DNA from: Candidatus Campbellbacteria bacterium GW2011_OD1_34_28
Lineage (GTDB): Bacteria > Patescibacteriota > Minisyncoccia > Phycocordibacterales > UBA12079
NCBI GenBank assembly: GCA_001029775.1
Contig: CP011215.1
Location: 490,303-554,302 of the forward strand
DNA length: 64,000 nt
Reading direction: 5' to 3'
Positions 8,598 to 16,800 of the stretch are shown here, one piece after another. The first letter of the stretch is position 1. Every line of letters starts with the position of its first letter. A program made the translations under genes and the position numbers. The notes beneath the pieces are model-generated. The model saw only the letters and a list, made by a program, of their open reading frames with translations. It was not told where the DNA came from and searched no databases.

Positions 8598-9209
8598 ATG
8601 ACCAATTGTCGATATCTAATTGGAATAGACGAAGTGGGTAGAGGACCTGTTGCTGGCCCTGTGGCTGTTGGAGCGGTTTTGTTTTATGCAGAAAACAAAA
8701 CTGTCATGGAAGAAAGATTTTCTAACTTTAAAGATTCAAAAAAACTTTCTCCCAAAAAAAGAAATGAATGGTTTGAAAATATTAAAAAAGCAAAACATGA
8801 GGGACTATTAGATTACAAAGTTGTTTTTGTTGATAATAAAAAAATAGACGAGTTTGGAATTGCTCCATCAATCAGGTCTTGTATAAAAAATTCTTTACAA
8901 TCTCTGTGTAAGACGTCGGACGTCTTACATAAAGATTGTCTGGTGTTGTTGGATGGGGGATTAAGAGCACCAGAGGAATTTGTAAATCAAAAAACTATTA
9001 TTAAGGGGGATGAAAAAGAAATGGTAATTGCTCTTTCTTCAATCGTGGCAAAAGTCACCCGTGACAGTCTGATGTGCAAGTTAGCAAAAGAATACCCCCA
9101 ATATGGTTTGGAAAATCACAAGGGTTACGGAACAAAAGCACATATGACCGCAATAAAAAATAACGGTATCTCTGAAATTCATCGAAAAACTTATCTAAAG
9201 AATATTTAA
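8598..9209 (+). CDS. rnhB: ribonuclease HII
   Basis: IGIDEVGRGPVAGPVAVGAVL motif. Confidence 0.85.
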   Translation: MTNCRYLIGIDEVGRGPVAGPVAVGAVLFYAENKTVMEERFSNFKDSKKLSPKKRNEWFENIKKAKHEGLLDYKVVFVDNKKIDEFGIAPSIRSCIKNSLQSLCKTSDVLHKDCLVLLDGGLRAPEEFVNQKTIIKGDEKEMVIALSSIVAKVTRDSLMCKLAKEYPQYGLENHKGYGTKAHMTAIKNNGISEIHRKTYLKNI

Positions 9210-9289
9210 TATATGTCTTTACAAAATAAATAATATGATTTATAGTTTTGTGAGGATTTCTTATTTAACTCATATTTAGGAGGCACGTC

Positions 9290-9688
9290 ATGCACGATGA
9301 TTTGAAAGGGTTGGCCGAAGGATTCGGCGAGCTGTCGGGGTTTCTTGATTCTATTTTCGGTGGAAGCGAGGAAAAGGGAAGTAAGGAAGACTTGACTGAC
9401 GACGCTCTGGACAAGCTCCGCACCCTGATTGGTACCAACAATGTGATTCTCAAAAAGTTGGTCGCCGGTCTGCTTTTGGAATACTTTGTCGGCAAGCTGT
9501 CGTTTCAAGAGTTGGAATATTTTCTCCACTCTCGTGACAAGGACATTCAGATCGAGGCCGGCAAGGCCATTCTGGACTTCCACTGGAGGTCTCTCAATGT
9601 TAACATCCTACGCGAACTTCTCGCTCTTGAGGACGAAGAGATCAAACGAAAAATCAACGACTATCTCTCTTCAATGAAGAAGAAGTGA
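9290..9688 (+). CDS. hypothetical protein (GC-rich compositional outlier)
   Basis: 132 aa; RBS AGGAGG; own terminator; GC and codon third positions much higher than neighbours. Confidence 0.5.
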   Translation: MHDDLKGLAEGFGELSGFLDSIFGGSEEKGSKEDLTDDALDKLRTLIGTNNVILKKLVAGLLLEYFVGKLSFQELEYFLHSRDKDIQIEAGKAILDFHWRSLNVNILRELLALEDEEIKRKINDYLSSMKKK

Positions 9689-9699
9689 GTGTGGTCAAA

Positions 9700-9737
9700 A
9701 CAGCCCTTGGCAAAGCAATTTGCCAGGGGCTGTATTA
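9700..9737 (+). terminator. intrinsic terminator
   Basis: CAGCCCTTGGCAAA...TTTGCCAGGGGCTG hairpin. Confidence 0.6.
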
Positions 9738-9803
9738 AATTGAGTTTAGTCTGTTGCTTTTTCTGTAATAATGTAGTAAATTTATATCTGTTAATTTTAA
9801 AAA

Positions 9804-9838
9804 AGCTGTTAGCTGTTAGCTATCAGCTATTAGCTTCA
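9804..9838 (+). promoter_or_regulatory. five tandem AGCTNNT heptamers just upstream of rpmF
   Basis: AGCTGTT AGCTGTT AGCTATC AGCTATT AGCTTCA; ends 6 nt before the rpmF ATG; similar arrays at 11240 and 46218. Confidence 0.4.
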
Positions 9839-9843
9839 AAAAT

Positions 9844-10152
9844 ATGTCAGTAAGAATGAGACACACAAAGGGTCACACCCGTAATAGAAGATCACATCAT
9901 GCGCTAACAGCGCCTCGTATTTCTAGTTGCCCAGATTGTGGAGCTTCACATTTGAGACACAGAGTTTGTGAGACTTGTGGAAAATATAGAGGAAAGCAAG
10001 TTGTAGATGTTGTAGCAAAGATTGAAAAGAAAAATACTAGATTAAAAGACAAAGCTAGAAAAATGGGAATTGACCCAGGAGAAGCGAAAGAAAAAGAAGA
10101 AAAGAAAGAAAAGAAGGAAACTCCAAAAAAGAAAACAACTACTAAAAAATAA
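9844..10152 (+). CDS. rpmF: 50S ribosomal protein L32 with Lys-rich C-terminal extension
   Basis: N-terminus [17 protein letters not shown] and C-x2-C...C-x2-C zinc ribbon typical of bL32. Confidence 0.8.
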   Translation: MSVRMRHTKGHTRNRRSHHALTAPRISSCPDCGASHLRHRVCETCGKYRGKQVVDVVAKIEKKNTRLKDKARKMGIDPGEAKEKEEKKEKKETPKKKTTTKK

Positions 10153-10164
10153 AATAAAATAAAA

Positions 10165-10196
10165 AACTGAGACATCCAATGTCTCAGTTTTTTATT
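10165..10196 (+). terminator. intrinsic terminator
   Basis: CTGAGACAT-CCA-ATGTCTCAG + TTTTTTATTTT. Confidence 0.7.
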
Positions 10197-10280
10197 TTGA
10201 CAAAGTTTTCCACTTCCGCTTTTAAAAATTTTGTGTTATTTTATAGAAAATAGTAAATAATCTAAATTTTAAATTTTGTC

Positions 10281-11201
10281 ATGTCAAACAGGCACCTTTC
10301 AAGAACAATAGTTTTACAATCGCTCTTCGAGTGGGATTTCTCTTCGAAAGATAATTCCGAAGTAGATTCAATTCTTGAATATAATACAAGAGAATTTTCA
10401 ACTGGAATGTGTGATTTTGAGTTTTCACAAAAGCTTATCAAGATTGTTGTTGAAAAAAAACCTGTGATTGATGACATTATTCAAAAAGCAGCTCCTCAAT
10501 GGCCGATAGAAAAAATATCGGTTGTAGATAGAAACATATTAAGAATCGGTCTTGCCGAATTGCTTTTTGCTGATAGAAAAGAAATCCCGCCAAAAGTAGC
10601 TATCAACGAAGCAATTGAATTGGCGAAAAATTTTGGCGGTGAAAATAGCGGCCGTTTTATAAGCGGTGTTTTGGGAACTATTTACAAAGAAATGGGCGAG
10701 CCCGATAAGGACCAATTTGGAAAAAAGAAAAAGAAAATAGAAGATATCCCCTATGACCAAATGTTGGTCGAGAAAAAATGTGGTGCTGTTGTTTACTCTA
10801 TAAAAAATGACGAAATCCATTTTGCCTTGGTTCATGACATTTTTGGACACTGGACTCTTTCAAAAGGAAGTGGTTTAGAAGGAGAAGATCCAGAAAAATG
10901 TACAGCGAGAGTCGTTAAAAAAGAAATGGGTGTTGATATAAGTGTAGAGGACAAATTGGGTGATAACGAATACATTGCTTATGACCCAGAAAAAGGAAAG
11001 ACAAGAAGACAGGTTCTTTATTATTTGGCAAAGACAGAATACGCACCACTTGTTTTGGAGGACGGAGAAGATGCTGGTGGTTTGGATCAAGTAAAATGGT
11101 TCAAGATGTCAGAGATACCAGATTTGAATTTTTATGATGATATTCTTCCTATTGTTACAAAAGCGATTGAAATTTTGAAGAACAAAAAAACTATCGCTTA
11201 A
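10281..11201 (+). CDS. nusB: NusB antitermination domain fused to NUDIX hydrolase domain
   Basis: N-terminal ~140 aa NusB-like (RNILRIGLAELLF); Lys-rich linker; C-terminal Nudix box GSGLEGEDPEKCTARVVKKEMGV. Confidence 0.7.
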   Translation: MSNRHLSRTIVLQSLFEWDFSSKDNSEVDSILEYNTREFSTGMCDFEFSQKLIKIVVEKKPVIDDIIQKAAPQWPIEKISVVDRNILRIGLAELLFADRKEIPPKVAINEAIELAKNFGGENSGRFISGVLGTIYKEMGEPDKDQFGKKKKKIEDIPYDQMLVEKKCGAVVYSIKNDEIHFALVHDIFGHWTLSKGSGLEGEDPEKCTARVVKKEMGVDISVEDKLGDNEYIAYDPEKGKTRRQVLYYLAKTEYAPLVLEDGEDAGGLDQVKWFKMSEIPDLNFYDDILPIVTKAIEILKNKKTIA

Positions 11202-11239
11202 TTTAAAAAATGCTTTGCTAATTTATTTGAAAAAATGTA

Positions 11240-11269
11240 AGCTATTGGTGGCTGTAGCTATTAGCTTGT
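11240..11269 (+). promoter_or_regulatory. AGCTNNT heptamer repeats upstream of rnc
   Basis: AGCTATT GGTGGCT GT AGCTATT AGCTTGT, ending 10 nt before the rnc ATG. Confidence 0.35.
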
Positions 11270-11278
11270 AATAAATAT

Positions 11279-11971
11279 ATGGATTTTTCAAAATTTGAGA
11301 AAAAAATAGAGGTTGAGTTTAAAGATAAAGATTTGCTTAAAAAAGCTTTTACTCATCGTTCTTATATAAATGAACATGGTGGTTCTTACTGGGATCACAA
11401 TGAAAGATTGGAGTATCTAGGAGATGCTGTTTTGGAATTGGTTGTTTCTAGACATCTATATGACAAATTTCCAGAAGAAAAAGAGGGGATACTTACTTCA
11501 TATCGTTCGGCTTTGGTTAATACAGTAACTATTTCTGATTCAGCTAGAAATTTGGACATGAATAGTTATCTTTTGTTATCAAAAGGAGAATCAAAAGATA
11601 CAGGTAGAGCCAGAAATTCTATTTTAGCGAATGCTTTTGAAGCTTTGATCGGAGCAATTTATTTAGACCAAGGATACGACACAGCTGAGCAGTTTATTGC
11701 GAATAATTTATTCCATCTAACAGATAATGTTATAAAAAATAGATCTTGGCAGGATTCAAAAAGTTTTTTCCAAGAAAAAGCACAAGATATTGTAAAAATT
11801 ACACCGTCTTATCAAGTGCTTGATGAGACAGGACCTGATCACGATAGAAAATTTAAGGTAGGTGCTTTTTTGGGTGAGGATAAGGCTGGGGAAGGTGTTG
11901 GAGCTTCTAAACAAATTGCCGAACAGGAAGCAGCAAAAGATGCTCTTAAAAATAAAGGTTGGGATAATTAA
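11279..11971 (+). CDS. rnc: ribonuclease III
   Basis: RNase III signature ERLEYLGDAVLELVVS; C-terminal dsRBD. Confidence 0.85.
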   Translation: MDFSKFEKKIEVEFKDKDLLKKAFTHRSYINEHGGSYWDHNERLEYLGDAVLELVVSRHLYDKFPEEKEGILTSYRSALVNTVTISDSARNLDMNSYLLLSKGESKDTGRARNSILANAFEALIGAIYLDQGYDTAEQFIANNLFHLTDNVIKNRSWQDSKSFFQEKAQDIVKITPSYQVLDETGPDHDRKFKVGAFLGEDKAGEGVGASKQIAEQEAAKDALKNKGWDN

Positions 11972-12000
11972 TCCAAATTTACTAAACTCTAAGCACTAAA

Positions 12001-12027
12001 CCCTGCCTGCCGGCAGGCAGGTTTAAA
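12001..12027 (+). terminator. perfect 21-nt palindrome terminator
   Basis: CCCTGCCTGCCGGCAGGCAGG + TTTAAATT; shares CCTGCCTGCC with the 44-nt repeat. Confidence 0.55.
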
Positions 12028-12089
12028 TTCTAAACAAGTCCAAATAATCAAAATTCAAAATACAAAGAATTGTTCACTGACCGTTTTTT

Positions 12090-12143
12090 GTATTTGTATC
12101 GCATTAGTATTATTCGTATCATTCGTATATTGGTATGTCTATC
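12090..12143 (+). repeat. AT-rich intergenic repeat, TATCATTCGTAT family, copy A
   Basis: TGTATCGCATTAGTATTATTCGTATCATTCGTATATTGGTATGTCTAT; matches rc of 16284..16345 over ~48 nt with few mismatches; related to 43296..43410. Confidence 0.6.
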
Positions 12144-12247
12144 TACAAGATTTGATTATTTTTTTATATTGATGTAAAGTTAAATTCCAGAGAAGTTCTC
12201 AAACATTTTTTATTTTTTTTTATCCAACTTTTCGCAAGGAGGCGATT

Positions 12248-12709
12248 ATGGAACAGACAAGTATTGTTGGAAGTGAAAACGGCCTCCGGCACAAGGTTTC
12301 AGTCCCCAATACTTTGGGGTTGAACGGACGGCTTGTAGAGGCGTTAGATCTCGGATTGAGGGGTCGGGATGAGACCATAGATTCAATTCAAAAATTCGGC
12401 GAAGAGATGGCCGATGTTGCTCGTCTTCGGGCGAGGTTGCCTTTGGTTATTGCTTTGGCAATCGTTGAACAGGTTCGTTACCCTGTTGTTTACAAAATTT
12501 CAATGGAAGACCCGTCTTTTCGGGAACTATTTCATCTGGATCATTTTGTGACAGATAAGCCCGGTGGTTTATTTGGGAAAACCCTTGAGATTTTCAATCT
12601 TATCAAAGGAGAGTCCATCAAGGGATATTCTTTGCCTGTGTGTCTCGTCTGTGGAGGAGGTTCTCCTTATATCAGTGTGGATATTGCTGGCATTTTGAAT
12701 ATTGGATAA
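12248..12709 (+). CDS. hypothetical protein (GC-rich compositional outlier)
   Basis: 153 aa; RBS AAGGAGG; own terminator; GC clearly higher than neighbours. Confidence 0.5.
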   Translation: MEQTSIVGSENGLRHKVSVPNTLGLNGRLVEALDLGLRGRDETIDSIQKFGEEMADVARLRARLPLVIALAIVEQVRYPVVYKISMEDPSFRELFHLDHFVTDKPGGLFGKTLEIFNLIKGESIKGYSLPVCLVCGGGSPYISVDIAGILNIG

Positions 12710-12715
12710 AAAAAC

Positions 12716-12746
12716 AAAAACCCGTCGCATCGAGCGACGGGTTTTA
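12716..12746 (+). terminator. intrinsic terminator
   Basis: AAAAACCCGTCGC-ATCGA-GCGACGGGTTTT. Confidence 0.7.
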
Positions 12747-12837
12747 AAATTTCTTAAACATTATAATCCTAATACCTCAAATTATATCCGAATACTACGA
12801 ATCTTCTCCATCAAGACTTCTAATCACAAAATGTCGT

Positions 12838-12926
12838 GGATTGCTTCGCTTCGCTCGCAAAGACGAATTTCCTTCGGAAATTCGTCAGTGTTGGTTCGTC
12901 TTTGCGAGCGAAGCGAAGCAATCCAG
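12838..12926. repeat. perfect 29-bp inverted repeat with nested 11-bp hairpin; carries GAGCGAAGCGAAG motif
   Basis: GGATTGCTTCGCTTCGCTCGCAAAGACGAA ... TTCGTCTTTGCGAGCGAAGCGAAGCAATCC; centre GACGAATTTCC-TTCG-GGAAATTCGTC; lies between convergent 12248 ORF and dprA. Confidence 0.7.
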
Positions 12927-13007
12927 AATCGTATTTCGTAATTTAAAATTTAAGAATTAATTAAAATTTTTATTTGTAGAATTCAGATTATATTTATTTT
13001 CTGCTTA

Positions 13008-13913
13008 CTACAAACTACTCACTAAACAAATTTCTCCACCCACTTCCTTAATCACACCTTTTATCTCTAATAAAGAAATAACAGAGTTCAATTCTGAAAT
13101 CGGTATCAAAGATTTTTGTGCTATCTCGTCTCGTGAAAGCGGTTCGTTTAATAAAAGTAAAATCTCTTTTTCTTCCTCGGAAAAATTTTCTAGCAATAAT
13201 ATTTTTTGCCCACTTTCTTTTTCAGAAGAGATTCCGAGTATTTCCAAAAGATCATCAGTGCATGTAATAGGGACAGCTCCTTGTCTTAACAATTTGTTTG
13301 ATCCTTTTGCCCCATCTATAAAAATTGAGGCAGGAACAACAGCAATTTCTTTATTATAATCAAGACCCATTCGGGCGGTTATCAATGTCCCCGATTTTTC
13401 TCCAGCTTCTATAACTAAAATAACATCGGATAAACCAGCCATAATTCTATTTCTCTGAGGAAAGCTCCACTGTGTTGCTTTGAAATTGTTTTCAAATTCT
13501 GACAACAAACATCCTCCCGAATTTACAATTTCTTCTGCCAAACTTTTGTTGATAGATGGATAGATGACAGAATTGTCCAGTCCAGAACCAGGTACTGCAA
13601 TAGTTTTTAAATTATTTTTCAATGCACTTCTGTGTGCGATGGAATCAATTCCAACCGCCAATCCGGATATTATTGTTATGTTGTGTCCCTTTAGCCCAGA
13701 AATTATTTTTTCGCAAACTTCTTTTCCGTATGATGTGTATTTTCGTGAGCCTATTACGGTTACAAATTTTGTATCATCCCAATTTGGTATTTCACCTTTT
13801 ACAAAAATTTGTTTTGGAGGCTGGGGAATTTCAAGAAGCTTTTCAGGGAAATATTCTTTTGATAGTTTTTTTATTTCATAATCCATAAAATGATTATAAC
13901 AAGACAAAAACAT
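13008..13913 (-). CDS. dprA: DNA processing protein DprA (Smf)
   Basis: Rossmann-like DprA core VIGSRKYTSYGKEVCEKI...SGLAVGIDSIAHRSAL; C-terminal winged helix. Confidence 0.8.
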   Translation of the reverse strand: MFLSCYNHFMDYEIKKLSKEYFPEKLLEIPQPPKQIFVKGEIPNWDDTKFVTVIGSRKYTSYGKEVCEKIISGLKGHNITIISGLAVGIDSIAHRSALKNNLKTIAVPGSGLDNSVIYPSINKSLAEEIVNSGGCLLSEFENNFKATQWSFPQRNRIMAGLSDVILVIEAGEKSGTLITARMGLDYNKEIAVVPASIFIDGAKGSNKLLRQGAVPITCTDDLLEILGISSEKESGQKILLLENFSEEEKEILLLLNEPLSRDEIAQKSLIPISELNSVISLLEIKGVIKEVGGEICLVSSL

Positions 13914-14113
13914 TCAGACACCCTGATAGATGCCGGAATGTTGATAATGCTTTTTTTCTTATCTTTTTTCTGCTACGATATTATCAATGTTATTAAATGG
14001 TTTAATTGAAAAAAAGTCTACTTCAAACAGCCCAGCTGTAGCGTAGGGTTGGTTGAATATATGGCTGGGCGGAAAATACTAAGGACTAATTACTAAAAAC
14101 TAAAAACTAAACT

Positions 14114-15379
14114 ATGTTAGATATAAAATTCATAAGAGAAAATAAAGATTTAATTGATATGGCTGCTAAGAAAAAGCATATCAATTTTGATGTGGAAAAA
14201 CTTATTTTGGCGGATGATAAAAGAAGAGACATTGTTGGGAAAATAGACGCTCTTCGAGCAGAACAAAATATTTTAAGCGACAAGATACCTTTGATTACCG
14301 ATAGTGCAGAAAGAAACACTGTTGTTGAACAATCAAAAGAAATAAAAGCAAAATTACAGGCACTAGAAGACAGTTCAAAAGAAATCATAAAAGAGTGGAA
14401 ACTTTTGATGTTACAAGTTCCAAATATTCCCGATATGTCTGTTCCTGACGGAGACAGTGATGCTGACAATCAAGAAATAAAAGCATGGGGCGAAAAAACA
14501 AAATTTGATTTTGAGCCAAAGTCACATGTGGATATTATGCAAAATCTTGATATGGTAGATTTTGAAAGAGGAGCAAAGGTGCACGGGTTTCGAGGGTATT
14601 ATTTGAAAAACGACGGGGCAAGATTGTCTTGGGCAATTTGGAATTATGCCAATGAATTTTTTGGAGCAAAAGGCTTTATTCCAATACTTCCTCCTGCAAT
14701 TGTAAAAAAAGAAAATCTTTATGGAACAGGACACCTGCCAAATGATGCGGAAGATGTTTACAATACCCAAGACGAAGATTATTTGATTGGAACAGCAGAA
14801 GTACCTGTTACTGGATATCACTCGGGAGAAGTTTTGTCACAAGCAGAATTACCTAAAAAATATTTGGGATTTTCTCCTTGTTTCAGAAGGGAAGCAGGGT
14901 CTTATGGAAAAGATACAAAAGGACTTATTCGTGTTCACGAATTTTATAAGGTGGAACAGGTGATTTTATGTGAGGCTAGTCATCAAGAATCTGTAAAATG
15001 GCACGAATGGATAAATAGAAATACAGAAGAATTTATTGAATCTTTGGGGATTCCTTATCATACAGTAATAAACTGCGGAGGTGATTTGGGACAAGGTCAG
15101 GTAAAAAAATATGATATTGAATTGTGGGTGCCAATGGAAGAAAAGTACAGAGAGATTTCTTCGGCCTCATATTTCCACGATTTTCAAGCCAGGAGATTTA
15201 ATATTAGATACAAAAATAATGAGGGCAAAGTGGAATATATTCACACCTTAAATTCTACAGCGATTCCGACACCCCGAATTTTGGTTTCTTTGGTTGAAAA
15301 TTTTCAACAGGCAGATGGATCAATTAAGATTCCTGAACCTTTGAGAAAGTACATGAACAAAGATACAATCAGTTTATAA
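14114..15379 (+). CDS. serS: seryl-tRNA synthetase
   Basis: N-terminal coiled-coil tRNA-binding arm; class II core motifs. Confidence 0.9.
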   Translation: MLDIKFIRENKDLIDMAAKKKHINFDVEKLILADDKRRDIVGKIDALRAEQNILSDKIPLITDSAERNTVVEQSKEIKAKLQALEDSSKEIIKEWKLLMLQVPNIPDMSVPDGDSDADNQEIKAWGEKTKFDFEPKSHVDIMQNLDMVDFERGAKVHGFRGYYLKNDGARLSWAIWNYANEFFGAKGFIPILPPAIVKKENLYGTGHLPNDAEDVYNTQDEDYLIGTAEVPVTGYHSGEVLSQAELPKKYLGFSPCFRREAGSYGKDTKGLIRVHEFYKVEQVILCEASHQESVKWHEWINRNTEEFIESLGIPYHTVINCGGDLGQGQVKKYDIELWVPMEEKYREISSASYFHDFQARRFNIRYKNNEGKVEYIHTLNSTAIPTPRILVSLVENFQQADGSIKIPEPLRKYMNKDTISL

Positions 15380-15382
15380 AAT

Positions 15383-15430
15383 AAAAACAACTCTTAAATT
15401 TTTATAAAAATTTAAGAGTTGTTTTTATTT
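15383..15430 (+). terminator. intrinsic terminator
   Basis: AAAACAACTCTTAAATTTT-TATAA-AAATTTAAGAGTTGTTTTTATTTT. Confidence 0.7.
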
Positions 15431-15464
15431 TATCGCTATCAACCACTCATTATCAATTATTTAC

Positions 15465-16283
15465 TTGCTACCAGTTACTTGCTACTTTATACTATTTCCA
15501 ATGGCCAAGTACACATCATCACAATTTACACAAAGAAAGAGAAAAGATTTTTTGATAAAAACAGGCTTGCTTCTCGTTTTTGTTGTTGTGGTTTTTCTTT
15601 GTATCTCAGAAATTTTCAAATTTAATTTTGCAAACATAAAAGAGGTAAATATTAGTGGAAATAAAATTGTAAAAACTTCGGATATTCAAAATATTGTTCT
15701 AGAAAACTTGGAGGGGAATTACTTTTGGAAATTTTTTCCTAAAAGAAATATTTTAATTTACCCACGAGAAAATTTAACTGCAGAATTGTTTGAAAAAAAA
15801 CCAAGAATTAAAGAAATTGATTTAAAATTGAAAGATTTTAATAATTTGATTGTGAAAATAAAAGAGAGAGATCCTTTTGCTTTTTGGTGTCAGGAAAATG
15901 AATTGATTGATGAATGTTTTGTAGTAGACAGTGAGGGTTTGATTTTTGACAAAGAAAGAGGAGAGGACTTGTTCAAATACTATGTAGACTTGAACGATAA
16001 AAAAATAATTGGTAAAAGCGTTTTTGAATTTGAAAAATTTAAAGAAATTGATTCAATAATTAAGTTTGTTACCAATTTAAAATTGGAACCATATAAGTTG
16101 GTTCAAAAAGAAAACAAGCTTGAAATACATATATTAGATGGAAGCAAAATTATTTTTAACAAAGATCAGTCTGCCCAAGAAGTTATTACAAATTTGCAGT
16201 CTGTTATGAATATGAAAGATTTTGATATAACAAAAATCGGGTATGTAGATTTTTCTTTTGGGAATAAAGTTTTTTACAAATAA
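15465..16283 (+). CDS. FtsQ/DivIB-like cell-division protein (POTRA domain); probable true start near 15501
   Basis: single TM then POTRA-like IKEVNISGNKIVKTSDIQNIV. Confidence 0.5.
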   Translation: MLPVTCYFILFPMAKYTSSQFTQRKRKDFLIKTGLLLVFVVVVFLCISEIFKFNFANIKEVNISGNKIVKTSDIQNIVLENLEGNYFWKFFPKRNILIYPRENLTAELFEKKPRIKEIDLKLKDFNNLIVKIKERDPFAFWCQENELIDECFVVDSEGLIFDKERGEDLFKYYVDLNDKKIIGKSVFEFEKFKEIDSIIKFVTNLKLEPYKLVQKENKLEIHILDGSKIIFNKDQSAQEVITNLQSVMNMKDFDITKIGYVDFSFGNKVFYK

Positions 16284-16345
16284 AAATATAAACATACCAA
16301 TATACAAATGATACTAATAATACAAATGCGATACGAATAATATGG
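16284..16345 (-). repeat. AT-rich intergenic repeat, TATCATTCGTAT family, copy B (reverse orientation)
   Basis: rc = CGTATCGCATTTGTATTATTAGTATCATTTGTATATTGGTATGTTTAT, close match to copy A. Confidence 0.6.
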
Positions 16346-16369
16346 CAAAGAATTTCTGGAATAAAATTA

Positions 16370-16420
16370 AAAAAGCGTTCAATTCTGATTTTTAAAATCA
16401 AAATTGAACGCTTTTTATTA
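16370..16420. terminator. bidirectional terminator between convergent genes
   Basis: AAAAGCGTTCAATT...AATTGAACGCTTTTTATT. Confidence 0.6.
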
Positions 16421-16421
16421 T

Positions 16422-16757
16422 TTATAAATGACAGTCGTCATCCATATATTCTTTAAATGTTTTTACAAATCTAAAGCCCATTTTTTCTAAATTAGAATCA
16501 AATTTTGTCGTGCAAAAATACATGGCCCTTGTTTTTTTGTGCCCGTTGATATCGAAAAGCCAACCCCATGCTACCATTTTATTGCTTTCATGCATTTTAA
16601 AATTTTTATCATCTACGCCACGTCCTATTCCTGCTACGCGAAATATACAATCATCATTTGTGACGATATCGTCAGGCTTAAAACCACAAATTTTTTTGCA
16701 TTTCTCTGGGTCAGTATCGACATCAATAAGCTGTCTCTGAAAGGTTGTTATTTTCAA
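16422..16757 (-). CDS. hypothetical protein
   Basis: 111-aa ORF; no motif recognised. Confidence 0.4.
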   Translation of the reverse strand: MKITTFQRQLIDVDTDPEKCKKICGFKPDDIVTNDDCIFRVAGIGRGVDDKNFKMHESNKMVAWGWLFDINGHKKTRAMYFCTTKFDSNLEKMGFRFVKTFKEYMDDDCHL

Positions 16758-16800
16758 GGTATACCTCTTTCTGATTTTTATTTGAAAACTGTATCTAAAA

